In this document: positions 56,345 through 64,000 of the stretch, in pieces
Layout: each line of letters begins with the position of its first letter
Position numbering within the stretch: position 1 is the first letter of the stretch
DNA from: an uncultured Candidatus Saccharibacteria bacterium
Lineage (GTDB): Bacteria; Patescibacteriota; Minisyncoccia; Phycocordibacterales; UBA5272
Length of the DNA stretch: 64,000 bases
NCBI GenBank assembly: GCA_964457775.1
Contig: CAYWEW010000001.1
Coordinates: forward strand, 17,783 to 81,782
Reading direction: 5' to 3'
Notes under the pieces: model-generated
What the model was told of the DNA's origin: nothing
What the model saw: the letters and a program-made list of their open reading frames with translations, nothing else
The model's database searches: none
Position numbers and translations under genes: made by a program

Positions 56345-56902
56345 ATGAGTGACGTTGTGATTGCACTACGCGGTGACGAGTCCGAAAAACTCATCAATGG
56401 AATTCGTGCAGTTGTTACACCCTTTGTCGGTATATCTGGCGAGGGGTACCGCGCGCAACTCGGCATTGGTCTTGCGATTTCGGGAAATACAGCGATTTTT
56501 TGGGGAACCATTGTTCCTCATTCATTGATTCAGTCCTGGCGTGGTATGAAAATACTTGAACAGGCTGATTCCATTAATTCCACTGAGACATTGTGCTCGT
56601 GTTTCACTGTTGCTAAAAACGATATCAACAATGCAACAAATCACTATATCAAATCATTGGCTCGTTCTTTTGGAGGAGTGGATGCTTTGCAAGATATTCG
56701 TTATGAAATACTACGCTCTTTTCCAACCGCTGACGAAATCACAACCATGATTACAAAGTTGCGCGAACATAACCTTCCTGTTGACACCCGAGAGATTGAA
56801 GAGGCGGTGAACCTTAACCACATTGCAGATACTTCCGTCATAAGGGAGATGATTCGCACAAACCGTGAATTGTTCTCACGCGCCGTCCTCAATTTTGCTT
56901 AA
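56345..56902 (+). CDS. Hypothetical protein (185 aa)
   Basis: RBS aaagggga; perfect terminator CCCTCTTGATGAATTC...GAATTCATCAAGAGGGTTTTTG at 56913-56958; GC elevated. Confidence 0.45.
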   Translation: MSDVVIALRGDESEKLINGIRAVVTPFVGISGEGYRAQLGIGLAISGNTAIFWGTIVPHSLIQSWRGMKILEQADSINSTETLCSCFTVAKNDINNATNHYIKSLARSFGGVDALQDIRYEILRSFPTADEITTMITKLREHNLPVDTREIEEAVNLNHIADTSVIREMIRTNRELFSRAVLNFA

Positions 56903-56987
56903 CCCCTTTTCAACCCTCTTGATGAATTCCCTCAAACAGAATTCATCAAGAGGGTTTTTGTTTGTATTGTAATAAGAGAACATTTTA

Positions 56988-57545
56988 TTGCCCTTCATGT
57001 ATTTATATGGTATTATCTATGTATATAACCCCTTGGCAGAAAAAGTAAACATCAATAATAATATCCGTTCACTAAAACTTCGTGTCATTGGACACAACGG
57101 AGATAACTTAGGTGTTCTCACAAAAGATGAAGCTTTAGCTCAAGCAAAAGCTCTTGGACTAGACCTTATCGAAGTATCTCCTCATGCTGAACCCCCTGTT
57201 GCTCGTATTGCTGATTACGGAAAGTACACATATGAAACTTCTAAGAAATTAAAAGAAGTTAAAGCAAAGGCACACATCACTGAAACCAAAACAGTACAGA
57301 TTAGTGTGTCCATTAGTGATAATGACCTTATGATGAAAGCTAAGAAAACTGCTGAGTGGATTAATGAAGGCCACCGTGTAAAAATCGACCTACAATTAAA
57401 AGGCCGTACAAAATATATGGACGACAAATTCCTTCGTGAACGCATGAATCGCATTTTGGCTATTATCCCTGCGGATTATAAAATTGCTGAACCTTTGAAG
57501 AAGATTCCGAAGTCTATGATGGTGGTACTGGAGAAGGCTAAGTAA
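56988..57545 (+). CDS. infC: Translation initiation factor IF-3; start codon uncertain (possibly non-AUG)
   Basis: INNNIRSLKLRVIGHNGDNLGVLTKDEALAQAKALGLDLIEVSP aligns with the IF-3 N-domain. The C-domain follows. Canonical infC-rpmI-rplT order. Confidence 0.8.
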   Translation: MPFMYLYGIIYVYNPLAEKVNINNNIRSLKLRVIGHNGDNLGVLTKDEALAQAKALGLDLIEVSPHAEPPVARIADYGKYTYETSKKLKEVKAKAHITETKTVQISVSISDNDLMMKAKKTAEWINEGHRVKIDLQLKGRTKYMDDKFLRERMNRILAIIPADYKIAEPLKKIPKSMMVVLEKAK

Positions 57546-57554
57546 TTTAAATAC

Positions 57555-57582
57555 TTGACAAAAAGTATCAGTATGATATACT
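57555..57582 (+). promoter_or_regulatory. Promoter TTGACA-16-TATACT upstream of rpmI-rplT
   Basis: ttgacaaaaagtatcagtatgatatact. Confidence 0.45.
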
Positions 57583-57781
57583 GTTACTTGTCCGACGGAG
57601 AGGGTTCTCCGTTAAGCGACCTAAAATCAATTAGCCAGATTCTGGTGGTCCCTACTGCATTGTGCGGTGGGGACTTTTTCGTTTTGTAATATACTCACTT
57701 AAACCAATGTACGAAGCCCTTGATATTCTTGATAATGTATGATAAAATACCCCAACTATCTGAAAGGTATAGAAAAATTCT
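57583..57781 (+). promoter_or_regulatory. ~200-nt structured leader with attenuator-like hairpin + U-run upstream of rpmI (candidate L20-responsive ribosomal-protein leader)
   Basis: ACGGAGAgggtTCTCCGT hairpin, then GGTCCCtactgcattgtgcggtGGGGACTTTTTCGTTTTG. Confidence 0.3.
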
Positions 57782-57970
57782 ATGAAGACAAACAAATCAT
57801 TCTTAAAACGTCTCCGTGTTACCAAAAATGGTAAAATCTTAGCTCGTAAGCCAGGACTTAACCATTTCAATGCAAAAGCATCACGATCAAAGCAACTTGC
57901 TGGCAAAAGAGCTCAGGATTTTGCTATGACAGGAAAGGAAAAGTCACGTTTTCTTCCAGGAATGTTCTAA
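57782..57970 (+). CDS. rpmI: 50S ribosomal protein L35
   Basis: MKTNKSFLKRLRVTKNGKILARKPGLNHFNAK... Confidence 0.85.
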   Translation: MKTNKSFLKRLRVTKNGKILARKPGLNHFNAKASRSKQLAGKRAQDFAMTGKEKSRFLPGMF

Positions 57971-58006
57971 TCCTTTAAGACTCATTAATTTATTTAATCA
58001 ACCACT

Positions 58007-58357
58007 ATGTCACGCGTAAAAAGAAGTTTAATGGCGATGAAGCATCGCAGAAATGTACTCAAGCAAGCTAAAGGCTTTCGTTTTGGTCGTTCAAAGAAAG
58101 AAGTAGAAGCAAAGGTTGCTCTTCGTCATGCTGGAGCTCATGCTTTTGCACACAGAAAAGACAAGAAGACTGACATGCGTCGCCTCTTCACTACTCGTCT
58201 TAACGCTGGACTACGCGCTCTTGATATTACTTACTCTGTTTTCATTGGAATGCTATCAAAGAAGAATATTTCAATAAATCGTAAAATGCTCGCAGAAATT
58301 GCAGCAGAGAACCCAGAAACATTCACAAGAATTGTTGCACAAGTTCGAGAAGCGTAG
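58007..58357 (+). CDS. rplT: 50S ribosomal protein L20
   Basis: MSRVKRSLMAMKHRRNVLKQAKGFRFGRSK... Confidence 0.9.
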   Translation: MSRVKRSLMAMKHRRNVLKQAKGFRFGRSKKEVEAKVALRHAGAHAFAHRKDKKTDMRRLFTTRLNAGLRALDITYSVFIGMLSKKNISINRKMLAEIAAENPETFTRIVAQVREA

Positions 58358-58439
58358 AGCTTCGAAGAGTTCCGTAGCTAGCAAGCGAAGGAACGTTCAT
58401 AAACTACTAAGTCAAAAGTATAAGGCACTTAAAAAACAC

Positions 58440-58470
58440 AAAAGCGACATCTTAAGATGTCGCTTTTGTA
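58440..58470 (+). terminator. Terminator hairpin (identical to the 17309 copy)
   Basis: aaaagcgacatc-ttaa-gatgtcgcttttgtattttt. Confidence 0.6.
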
Positions 58471-58514
58471 TTTTTACAAACTCCATCAGCACAGACTTTA
58501 GTCAAAAATTGCTT

Positions 58515-58598
58515 TAGCTACGCGAAGCATAGATATTTTTTAAAGAAGACGTAGTAGACCTACGGCGACTGAAAAAAATATCTTAGCGACAAAGTAGA
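58515..58598. repeat. Copy c of the ~85-nt structured repeat family, 16 nt past the stop of the LOG-like gene
   Basis: tacgcgaagcatAGATATTTTTTaaagaagaCGTAGtagacCTACGgcgactgAAAAAAATATCTtagcgacaaagtagat. Confidence 0.6.
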
Positions 58599-58613
58599 TA
58601 AAATAATTTTTAA

Positions 58614-59186
58614 CTAAAGTCTAAGTTCCCTTTCGCCGTTAAGCTCTTGCTTTCTTACCATCTTAATCAACTTTTCTATCATTATTTTTGGGTCTTTTTC
58701 AAAAATAACATTTGGATTTGTTCGATCACTATTTTTTATGATATTTTGAATCACTTCATCTGTCGCCCACTCTCCAACAAGTACTCCAAGAGGCATATTA
58801 GCTTCCCAAGCCACTGTAAACTCATGAATAGTACCAATACGACCACAACCAATTACAACCGCATCTGACGAGCGTATAAGCATGAGGTCGCGTCCAGGAA
58901 AACCGAACCCTGTGTATACGACGGTGTCCATAGCCTTAAGTGGTAATCTGTACACCTCCACATGTTCTTTCTTGCTTGCTGCAGGAGAAAGACCAAAAGA
59001 AAATCCCCCTGCCTCCTTTGCCCCTTCAGCTGCATACATAGGAAAACCGCTTGTTGCACCTGTAACAATCTGACATCCTTGTCTAGCAATCTCACGACCA
59101 ATTTCTTTAGCAATTGGTATTACAGATGGTCCACAATGTGCTATTTCAGCAGCGCCTGAGACACTGATAGTAATTCGTTGTTTCAT
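58614..59186 (-). CDS. LOG-family / TIGR00725-type Rossmann-fold nucleotide-binding protein (lysine-decarboxylase-like)
   Basis: GATSGFPMYAAEGA and VVIGCGRIGTIHEF match the LOG GGGxGxM / PGGxGTxEE motifs. Confidence 0.55.
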   Translation of the reverse strand: MKQRITISVSGAAEIAHCGPSVIPIAKEIGREIARQGCQIVTGATSGFPMYAAEGAKEAGGFSFGLSPAASKKEHVEVYRLPLKAMDTVVYTGFGFPGRDLMLIRSSDAVVIGCGRIGTIHEFTVAWEANMPLGVLVGEWATDEVIQNIIKNSDRTNPNVIFEKDPKIMIEKLIKMVRKQELNGERELRL

Positions 59187-59225
59187 TTTACTAGTATATA
59201 GTTACTGGTTGATAGTTACTAGTGG
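59187..59225 (-). promoter_or_regulatory. Promoter cassette: CCACTA + three tandem heptamers + TATATACT + 6 nt + ATG (likely short-leader or leaderless mRNA)
   Basis: Minus strand reads CCACTAGTAACTATCAACCAGTAACTATATACTagtaaaATG, 31/33 identical to the cassette at 4751-4783. Confidence 0.45.
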
Positions 59226-59230
59226 ACTAC

Positions 59231-60604
59231 TTAATCTAATTCAAGAACATCCCCTCTTTCTGGAACAACAACCGGAACATCATATGTTTCGTGAATTCGT
59301 TGACCTAAGAAATATGTACTCTTTGGTTCACCAAGTACAACAATCACCTTCTTAAGTGACGGAGCAGTTGTACCAACGAATTCAACAAGATGCTCTGAGT
59401 CTTTGTGCGCAGAGAATCCATGAATGTTAACCACACGCGCTCGAAGTGGAATCATATTTCCATTAATGTATAGTTCTTTTTCTTCATCAACTATACGGCG
59501 TCCTAATGTATTAACCGCCATATATCCGACAATAATAATTGTACTGTTTGGATCTGGAAGATACTTCGCCTCATGATGTAAGATACGTCCACCATTACTC
59601 ATACCACTTCCAGCGATAATAACTTTTGGACGATTATCACCATTAATAGCCTTACTCTCTTCTGGTGTTGCTGTTTGTATTAAACCCTTGAATGCAAAAA
59701 TATCATCACCACTTTTAATTGTAGCCTCAATATTTTCATTGAACCAACTGTCATATTTTTTATAAATTTTTGTAATATTAATACCAAGTGGGGAATTAAG
59801 GTAAACAGGAATTTCTGGTATTTGCTTACTTTCAACTAATTCATTAAATGCGAGTAACATTTCTTGTGTGCGTTCAATAGAGAATGCTGGAATAAGAACT
59901 GTACCTCCCTTTGCAACCGTACTTACAACCGCCTCCTTAAAAATCTCAATACGTCTATCCTTGTCTTTGTGATTTCTGTCTCCATATACACTCTCAATCA
60001 CCAAGTAATCAATATCCTTAAGCGGTGTTGTGTCTTTCATTAATGGTGAAGGGGTATTCCCGAGATCACCAGTAAAGGCAAGTTTCTTTCCTTTGTATGC
60101 AATTTCAACAATTGAACTTCCCAGTATATGTCCAGCATCATGTAGAGTAATTACAGCATTACCATCATTTGTTTCTATGACAAATTCCTTTTCATAAGTA
60201 AGTGTTGTTCCCCATAGGTGCATACTCTCAAATACATCTTTTTCTTCATAAATCATTGGCGCACCTGAGTGAAGCGACTCTTTTGTTAAAAGTCCCAATG
60301 AATCAAGCATGATAAGTTCTGCCATTTCACGCGTAGGTTCGGTACTGATAATTTGATTTTTGAATCCTTCACGAACAAGATATGGAATACGTCCAACATG
60401 GTCAAGGTGAGCGTGAGTCACAAAAAGATAGTCAATACTTTTTGGGTCATAAATAAAAGGTGCACTGTTAATCGGAATAGAATATTTCTCGCCTTGTACA
60501 AGACCGCAGTCAATGAGAATTTTTTTGCCTCCGAATTCAACTAGGAAGTTGGAACCTGTAGGCATTTGAGCGCCACCCGCAAAAGTAATTTTAAATGTAG
60601 ACAT
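59231..60604 (-). CDS. MBL-fold beta-CASP hydrolase (RNase J / CPSF-like RNA-metabolising enzyme)
   Basis: HxHxDH motif VTHAHLDHVGRIPYL; 457 aa with downstream beta-CASP-like region (His/Asp-containing motifs). Confidence 0.65.
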   Translation of the reverse strand: MSTFKITFAGGAQMPTGSNFLVEFGGKKILIDCGLVQGEKYSIPINSAPFIYDPKSIDYLFVTHAHLDHVGRIPYLVREGFKNQIISTEPTREMAELIMLDSLGLLTKESLHSGAPMIYEEKDVFESMHLWGTTLTYEKEFVIETNDGNAVITLHDAGHILGSSIVEIAYKGKKLAFTGDLGNTPSPLMKDTTPLKDIDYLVIESVYGDRNHKDKDRRIEIFKEAVVSTVAKGGTVLIPAFSIERTQEMLLAFNELVESKQIPEIPVYLNSPLGINITKIYKKYDSWFNENIEATIKSGDDIFAFKGLIQTATPEESKAINGDNRPKVIIAGSGMSNGGRILHHEAKYLPDPNSTIIIVGYMAVNTLGRRIVDEEKELYINGNMIPLRARVVNIHGFSAHKDSEHLVEFVGTTAPSLKKVIVVLGEPKSTYFLGQRIHETYDVPVVVPERGDVLELD

Positions 60605-60664
60605 GAGAATAGTTGGTGGTTATTAGTTACTGGTTCTTAGTTTAATACTAAAAATTAAAAATAC

Positions 60665-61021
60665 CTACTTACGAACAAAAAGGTAGGCAATACTCATACC
60701 AATAAACCCATTAATTAAATCTTTTATTGTATCTACCCAACCTCCCCAGTCTTGAGCAAACATTACGTCGTGTATATATTCATAAGCTTCCCATGTAACT
60801 GCGATCATGATGTAAGTCAAGTATAATTTCTTATATGAGACAGAATTTCCTTTATATGAAAGAATTGCCCCTGTAAGTGATGCAACTCCGAAACCTCCCA
60901 TAATATGCATCGGAATATCTAACCACCATAATTCATAATATAAATATGAAGGATCAAAAACGAATTTTGAAAGACAAAACAATATAATAAGATATGATGC
61001 TGAAATAATGATATGTTTCAT
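60665..61021 (-). CDS. Small 4-TM membrane protein, possibly VanZ-like
   Basis: 118 aa; C-terminal DTIKDLINGFIGMSIAYLF. Assignment is weak. Confidence 0.4.
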   Translation of the reverse strand: MKHIIISASYLIILFCLSKFVFDPSYLYYELWWLDIPMHIMGGFGVASLTGAILSYKGNSVSYKKLYLTYIMIAVTWEAYEYIHDVMFAQDWGGWVDTIKDLINGFIGMSIAYLFVRK

Positions 61022-61121
61022 AATTACAGTATATAGCGTTTAGTGTTTAGCGTATAGTGGGGGACATATTCATAAATTTGTTTTATAAAAACAAATGAGG
61101 TCAAGCAAATTATGCTCAACC

Positions 61122-61664
61122 TCATGTAATACGAAACTGTTTTGATTTTATTTTGTGAATCCATGATTCCACCCCTTTTGATGTGAGTAGAGTCCGATAA
61201 TGCCTTGTTCTCTTGGTCGTATGAAGGGCTATCTTTTTCTTTCTTGCGAAGCTACTCCACTTTTTCCTTTTCTGATTTGCTGTTAGAAAAACCCATTCCA
61301 AGTGAGAAGGATTGAAGCACAGAGTCCTTTTGCAAAGATGATCGATACTTAGCCCACAAGCAGAGTATGCAGCATACAACTCGAAAAAAGTTTCCTTATC
61401 CTGTTTGTTATAAAAATCAAAACCTGGACGAAGAATAAGTAACTCCTCTAGAACTTTTGCCACTCTATGTACTGGGAATTTAAGTGACCTCCCTTTGTAG
61501 GTTAAATTAATTCGCCCATAAGAACCATCCTCACCACGTGTGGAAACTGTTACTTTTTGGCAATAACCAGTCCAAAGAGCGCAGTCCCCTTCTCTTTTTG
61601 AATGAGTGCACAATCGATCTACTAAACTAATGTATTTTCCCAAAATTTTCCTTTCGTTAATCAA
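61122..61664 (-). CDS. HNH homing-type endonuclease (HNH_3 family), free-standing
   Basis: CGLSIDHLCKRTLCFNPSHLEWV is the His-Me finger; upstream beta-hairpin region GYCQKVTVSTRGEDGSYGRINL. Confidence 0.6.
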   Translation of the reverse strand: MINERKILGKYISLVDRLCTHSKREGDCALWTGYCQKVTVSTRGEDGSYGRINLTYKGRSLKFPVHRVAKVLEELLILRPGFDFYNKQDKETFFELYAAYSACGLSIDHLCKRTLCFNPSHLEWVFLTANQKRKKWSSFARKKKIALHTTKRTRHYRTLLTSKGVESWIHKIKSKQFRIT

Positions 61665-61916
61665 GTTATAAAAACAACAATGTTAAAAGGATGGTAACAA
61701 AAACAGCCACTTTGTGCAATTAGAAATTAAACAAATTAAAAATCCCTTTATAAATAAAGAGATTTTTAATTTGGGAACTTGGGGCATCTTCCTGATGTTT
61801 TATGTCAGGTGGGTGGGAAACGAATAGGACCACGGTCCAGTTCTCAATATTCCATAACCCAAAGATGCATTATCCAGAAAAATACCTAAGTTCCCTATCT
61901 AGTATTATATTCCTGC

Positions 61917-62485
61917 TATAAAAAAAGTAAAGGGAAAGAAAATATCCATGCTTAAGCATGGATATTTTCTTTAATGGAGGTACTTCGTATCATGTATCTG
62001 TTCGATTGTCGATACGTGGGTAGAGAATCGTAGGTCCTCGAACTCGTACTAATATCTCATCACCCTTGATACTTGATTAGGCAGATACATATTCTTGAAG
62101 TACCTATACTCATTCTATTCCCGCCGCAAAAAATTGCAATATCCCTCCAAGCGATTTTGCGGTGGATTAGGTGGATATGTAATTAGCATGTAACTTGTAG
62201 CGTGTAGCGTGTAGCGTGTAGCGTGTAGTAAAATTATAGAAAAGAAAATACCCGATGACACTCATCGGGTATTTTCTATAGTGGAGGTACTTACGATTAT
62301 TGTTTGTATTATAAGATATGAGAGAGACATGCGTCACGAACGACTATGCACTATCTGACATCCTATAATCCTTCGAAGGTAAACAAACAAATATATCAAA
62401 GCACCTATGACCATTATAGCCCTCAAAAAAAACCATGCAAGTCTAAATTTTCATGTGGATTAGGTGGACAGTGGGGACAACAAAT
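61917..62485 (-). repeat. Two tandem diverged ~250-nt non-coding units, each ending (minus strand) in a hairpin + U-tract; candidate paralogous sRNAs
   Basis: Shared blocks include GAAAATAYCC...GGRTATTTTC hairpins (61936-61967, 62249-62281), GGAGGTACTT and TGGATTAGGTGGA. No ORF of 60 aa or more lies in 61665-62596. Confidence 0.4.
62195..62229. repeat. Heptamer microsatellite (GTGTAGC)x4.5
   Basis: tgtagcgtgtagcgtgtagcgtgtagcgtgtagta. Confidence 0.8.
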
Positions 62486-62523
62486 AGTTTAAAGTCTGTA
62501 AAGTCAAAAGTCCTTAAAGTGGT

Positions 62524-62556
62524 TAAAAATAGAAGCGAAACCTTTGGTTTCGCTTG
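62524..62556 (-). terminator. Terminator hairpin downstream of ndk
   Basis: agaagcgaaacc-tttg-gtttcgcttgtattttt. Confidence 0.5.
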
Positions 62557-62596
62557 TATTTTTACTTTCGACTTTATAGACTTTACGGACTTTTGA

Positions 62597-63208
62597 CTAT
62601 TCTAATATTCCATCCAAGTTCACGTCGTAAAGAATTTCATCTTGAACTAAACGGTAGTCCAAAATCTCATTTTCGTTAAACCAAATTGGAATTTCGTATG
62701 ATGCTTCCGCTGGATTATCTGTGCAGTGAATTAGGTTTCTTACTGCGCGACCATCAACATCACAAATATTATATGTATCTATTGTGAAGTCCCCTCTTAT
62801 TGTTCCAACATCTGATGTTGCTGGTTCAGTTCCACCAACCAACTTCTTCACTATAGCAACAGATGAGTTACCTTCAACAATAAATCCAACCACAGGCCCT
62901 GCTGTCATGTATTTTACTAGAGCACGAATAATATCTTTTCCGTATTCTATTGCCTCCTTTTCAACTGGAAGTCCTGCCTTTTTAAGATACTCTATGGTGT
63001 TTGACCCTTTCTTATTGAACCATACATCATCTTTATTATAATGCTTCCAACATTGATCTTCTGTTGGTATGAACATTTTGAGACCAATAATTTTGAGACC
63101 TGTTCTTTCAATTCTCTTAATTATTTCACCAACGAGTGAACGCTGAATTCCGTCAGGCTTAATCATTACATAGGTTCGTTCTTTTTTTGGATGTGTTGCT
63201 TGTGACAT
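62597..63208 (-). CDS. ndk: Nucleoside diphosphate kinase, long variant with ~55-aa insertion
   Basis: ERTYVMIKPDGIQRSLVGEIIKRIERTGLKI and NLIHCTDNPAEA (active-site His) motifs; 203 aa against the usual ~140. Confidence 0.75.
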   Translation of the reverse strand: MSQATHPKKERTYVMIKPDGIQRSLVGEIIKRIERTGLKIIGLKMFIPTEDQCWKHYNKDDVWFNKKGSNTIEYLKKAGLPVEKEAIEYGKDIIRALVKYMTAGPVVGFIVEGNSSVAIVKKLVGGTEPATSDVGTIRGDFTIDTYNICDVDGRAVRNLIHCTDNPAEASYEIPIWFNENEILDYRLVQDEILYDVNLDGILE

Positions 63209-63218
63209 AAAATAGATA

Positions 63219-63265
63219 GTAGTTTGTATTCAGTAGAATGTAGCTAAATACAAATACTGAATACA
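63219..63265. promoter_or_regulatory. 14-bp perfect inverted repeat with 19-nt loop between ndk and the downstream gene
   Basis: GTTTGTATTCAGTA-gaatgtagctaaatacaaa-TACTGAATACAAAC. Confidence 0.35.
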
Positions 63266-63335
63266 AACAAAATTAAAAAACTAATAAATAATGTAGATTA
63301 TTCTAGCATAATTTAGCAACTTTTTCTAACAAACA

Positions 63336-63785
63336 CTAAGCTTGTGGTGGAGTAGGTGCTGTAGCAGATTGGGCATTCCCTTCTTGTGATAGTGGTTTAT
63401 TATTTACTTCATTGTTGACTGGGATACCAGCAATAGGTGATACATTTACAAACTGATTAGAGTTAGTTAGAGACTTTTTAAAGTCTGCTGAGTAAAAAAG
63501 TTTTATAAATATTTGGAGAGCTATATAATAAAAAAATATCAAAAAAAGTAAATACGATAAATAAATGAATTTATGGTAAAGCAAAGGGTATACAATTACA
63601 AAAACAAAAATTGATGGTGCTACAGAATTTAAAAGGTTTGAAAATGAGCTACATTGGTTTATGTCTATATTAATAAAAATTCCGGAACAAAAAATAATAT
63701 GATTTGAAAAATAGAATAATGAAACCATACCAACAACATACGTAGCAAAAAGTAAAAATTTATTAAGAACGGTAGAGGTAGTCAT
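63336..63785 (-). CDS. Hypothetical polytopic membrane protein (149 aa) with Asn/Pro-rich C-terminal tail
   Basis: ORF with hydrophobic core; C-terminus ...IPVNNEVNNKPLSQEGNAQSATAPTPPQA. Confidence 0.4.
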   Translation of the reverse strand: MTTSTVLNKFLLFATYVVGMVSLFYFSNHIIFCSGIFINIDINQCSSFSNLLNSVAPSIFVFVIVYPLLYHKFIYLSYLLFLIFFYYIALQIFIKLFYSADFKKSLTNSNQFVNVSPIAGIPVNNEVNNKPLSQEGNAQSATAPTPPQA

Positions 63786-63886
63786 AAATTAAGTATATCT
63801 ATTTATAAACTAAAAACAAATCACATGCGTGATTTGTTTTTAAACATATTTAATTCTTACTAAGAATTAAATAAAAATAACAAAAA

Positions 63887-64000
63887 CTAAGCTTGTGGTG
63901 GAGTGGGTACTGCTGTGAGCTGTGAATTATTTTCTTGTGGTGCAGAATTGTTAACTACTTCGTTATTGACTGGGATACTTGCCACAGATGAAACATTTTC
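63887..64000 (-). CDS. Partial tandem paralog of the preceding gene (C-terminal 37 aa in window)
   Basis: ...IPVNNEVVNNSAPQENNSQLTAVPTPPQA*; the DNA is ~80% identical to 63336-63450. Confidence 0.35.
   Translation of the reverse strand, partial: ENVSSVASIPVNNEVVNNSAPQENNSQLTAVPTPPQA

Noticed and set aside
57652-57906. Minus-strand ORF 57652-57906
   Set aside because: Overlaps the rpmI leader and rpmI itself. rpmI (L35) is unambiguous.
61665-62596. Group I/II intron or retron hypothesis for the ORF-free region next to the HNH gene
   Set aside because: No interrupted host gene, no reverse transcriptase and no recognisable intron core (P4-P6-like, or domain V GAGC...) could be seen by eye. 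Kept only as an unexplained tandem repeat/sRNA candidate.
1-64000. CRISPR array, transposase/integrase, restriction-modification, toxin-antitoxin pairs
   Set aside because: No regularly spaced direct repeats with unique spacers were found. The heptamer microsatellites are contiguous, not spaced. No DDE, tyrosine/serine recombinase, methyltransferase or classic TA motifs were recognised in any ORF.

Overview
This is a low-GC (about 35% by eye) bacterial chromosomal window. Its backbone is a minus-strand ribosomal-protein supercluster: tuf, then S10-L3-L4-L23-L2-S19-L22-S3-L16-S17-L14-L24, then L5, then S14-S8-L6-L18-S5-L15, then secY, then adk-map. That normally contiguous cluster is broken into at least five blocks by inserted genes, which mostly encode hypothetical, secreted or surface proteins. 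No L29 gene fits between L16 and S17, and no L30 gene fits between S5 and L15. Several r-proteins carry terminal extensions. By inference these traits fit a Candidate-Phyla-Radiation (Patescibacteria)-like organism; a database search would be needed to confirm this. Other recognisable genes are polA, tsaE, fpg, nrdR, cmk, secD/secF, recG, ftsH, smpB plus a one-piece tmRNA, infC-rpmI-rplT, ndk, tRNA-Lys(UUU) and tRNA-Ile(UAU), a soluble VirD4/TraD-like P-loop ATPase, giant peptidoglycan-binding surface proteins and an HNH endonuclease. The non-coding signals worth most attention are listed below.
- A four-copy ~85-nt intergenic repeat family with nested hairpins and compensatory stem changes.
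- A recurring promoter cassette (CCACTA, three tandem heptamers, TATACT, six nt, ATG) in front of several minus-strand genes.
- Direct repeats of tRNA and tmRNA 3' ends.
- A GC-rich (about 55%) two-gene islet encoding a SlyB-like glycine-zipper lipoprotein.
- A 0.9-kb ORF-free region of tandem diverged repeat units next to the HNH gene.
- Several textbook TTGACA-17-TATAAT promoters.
I saw no CRISPR array, transposase or integrase.
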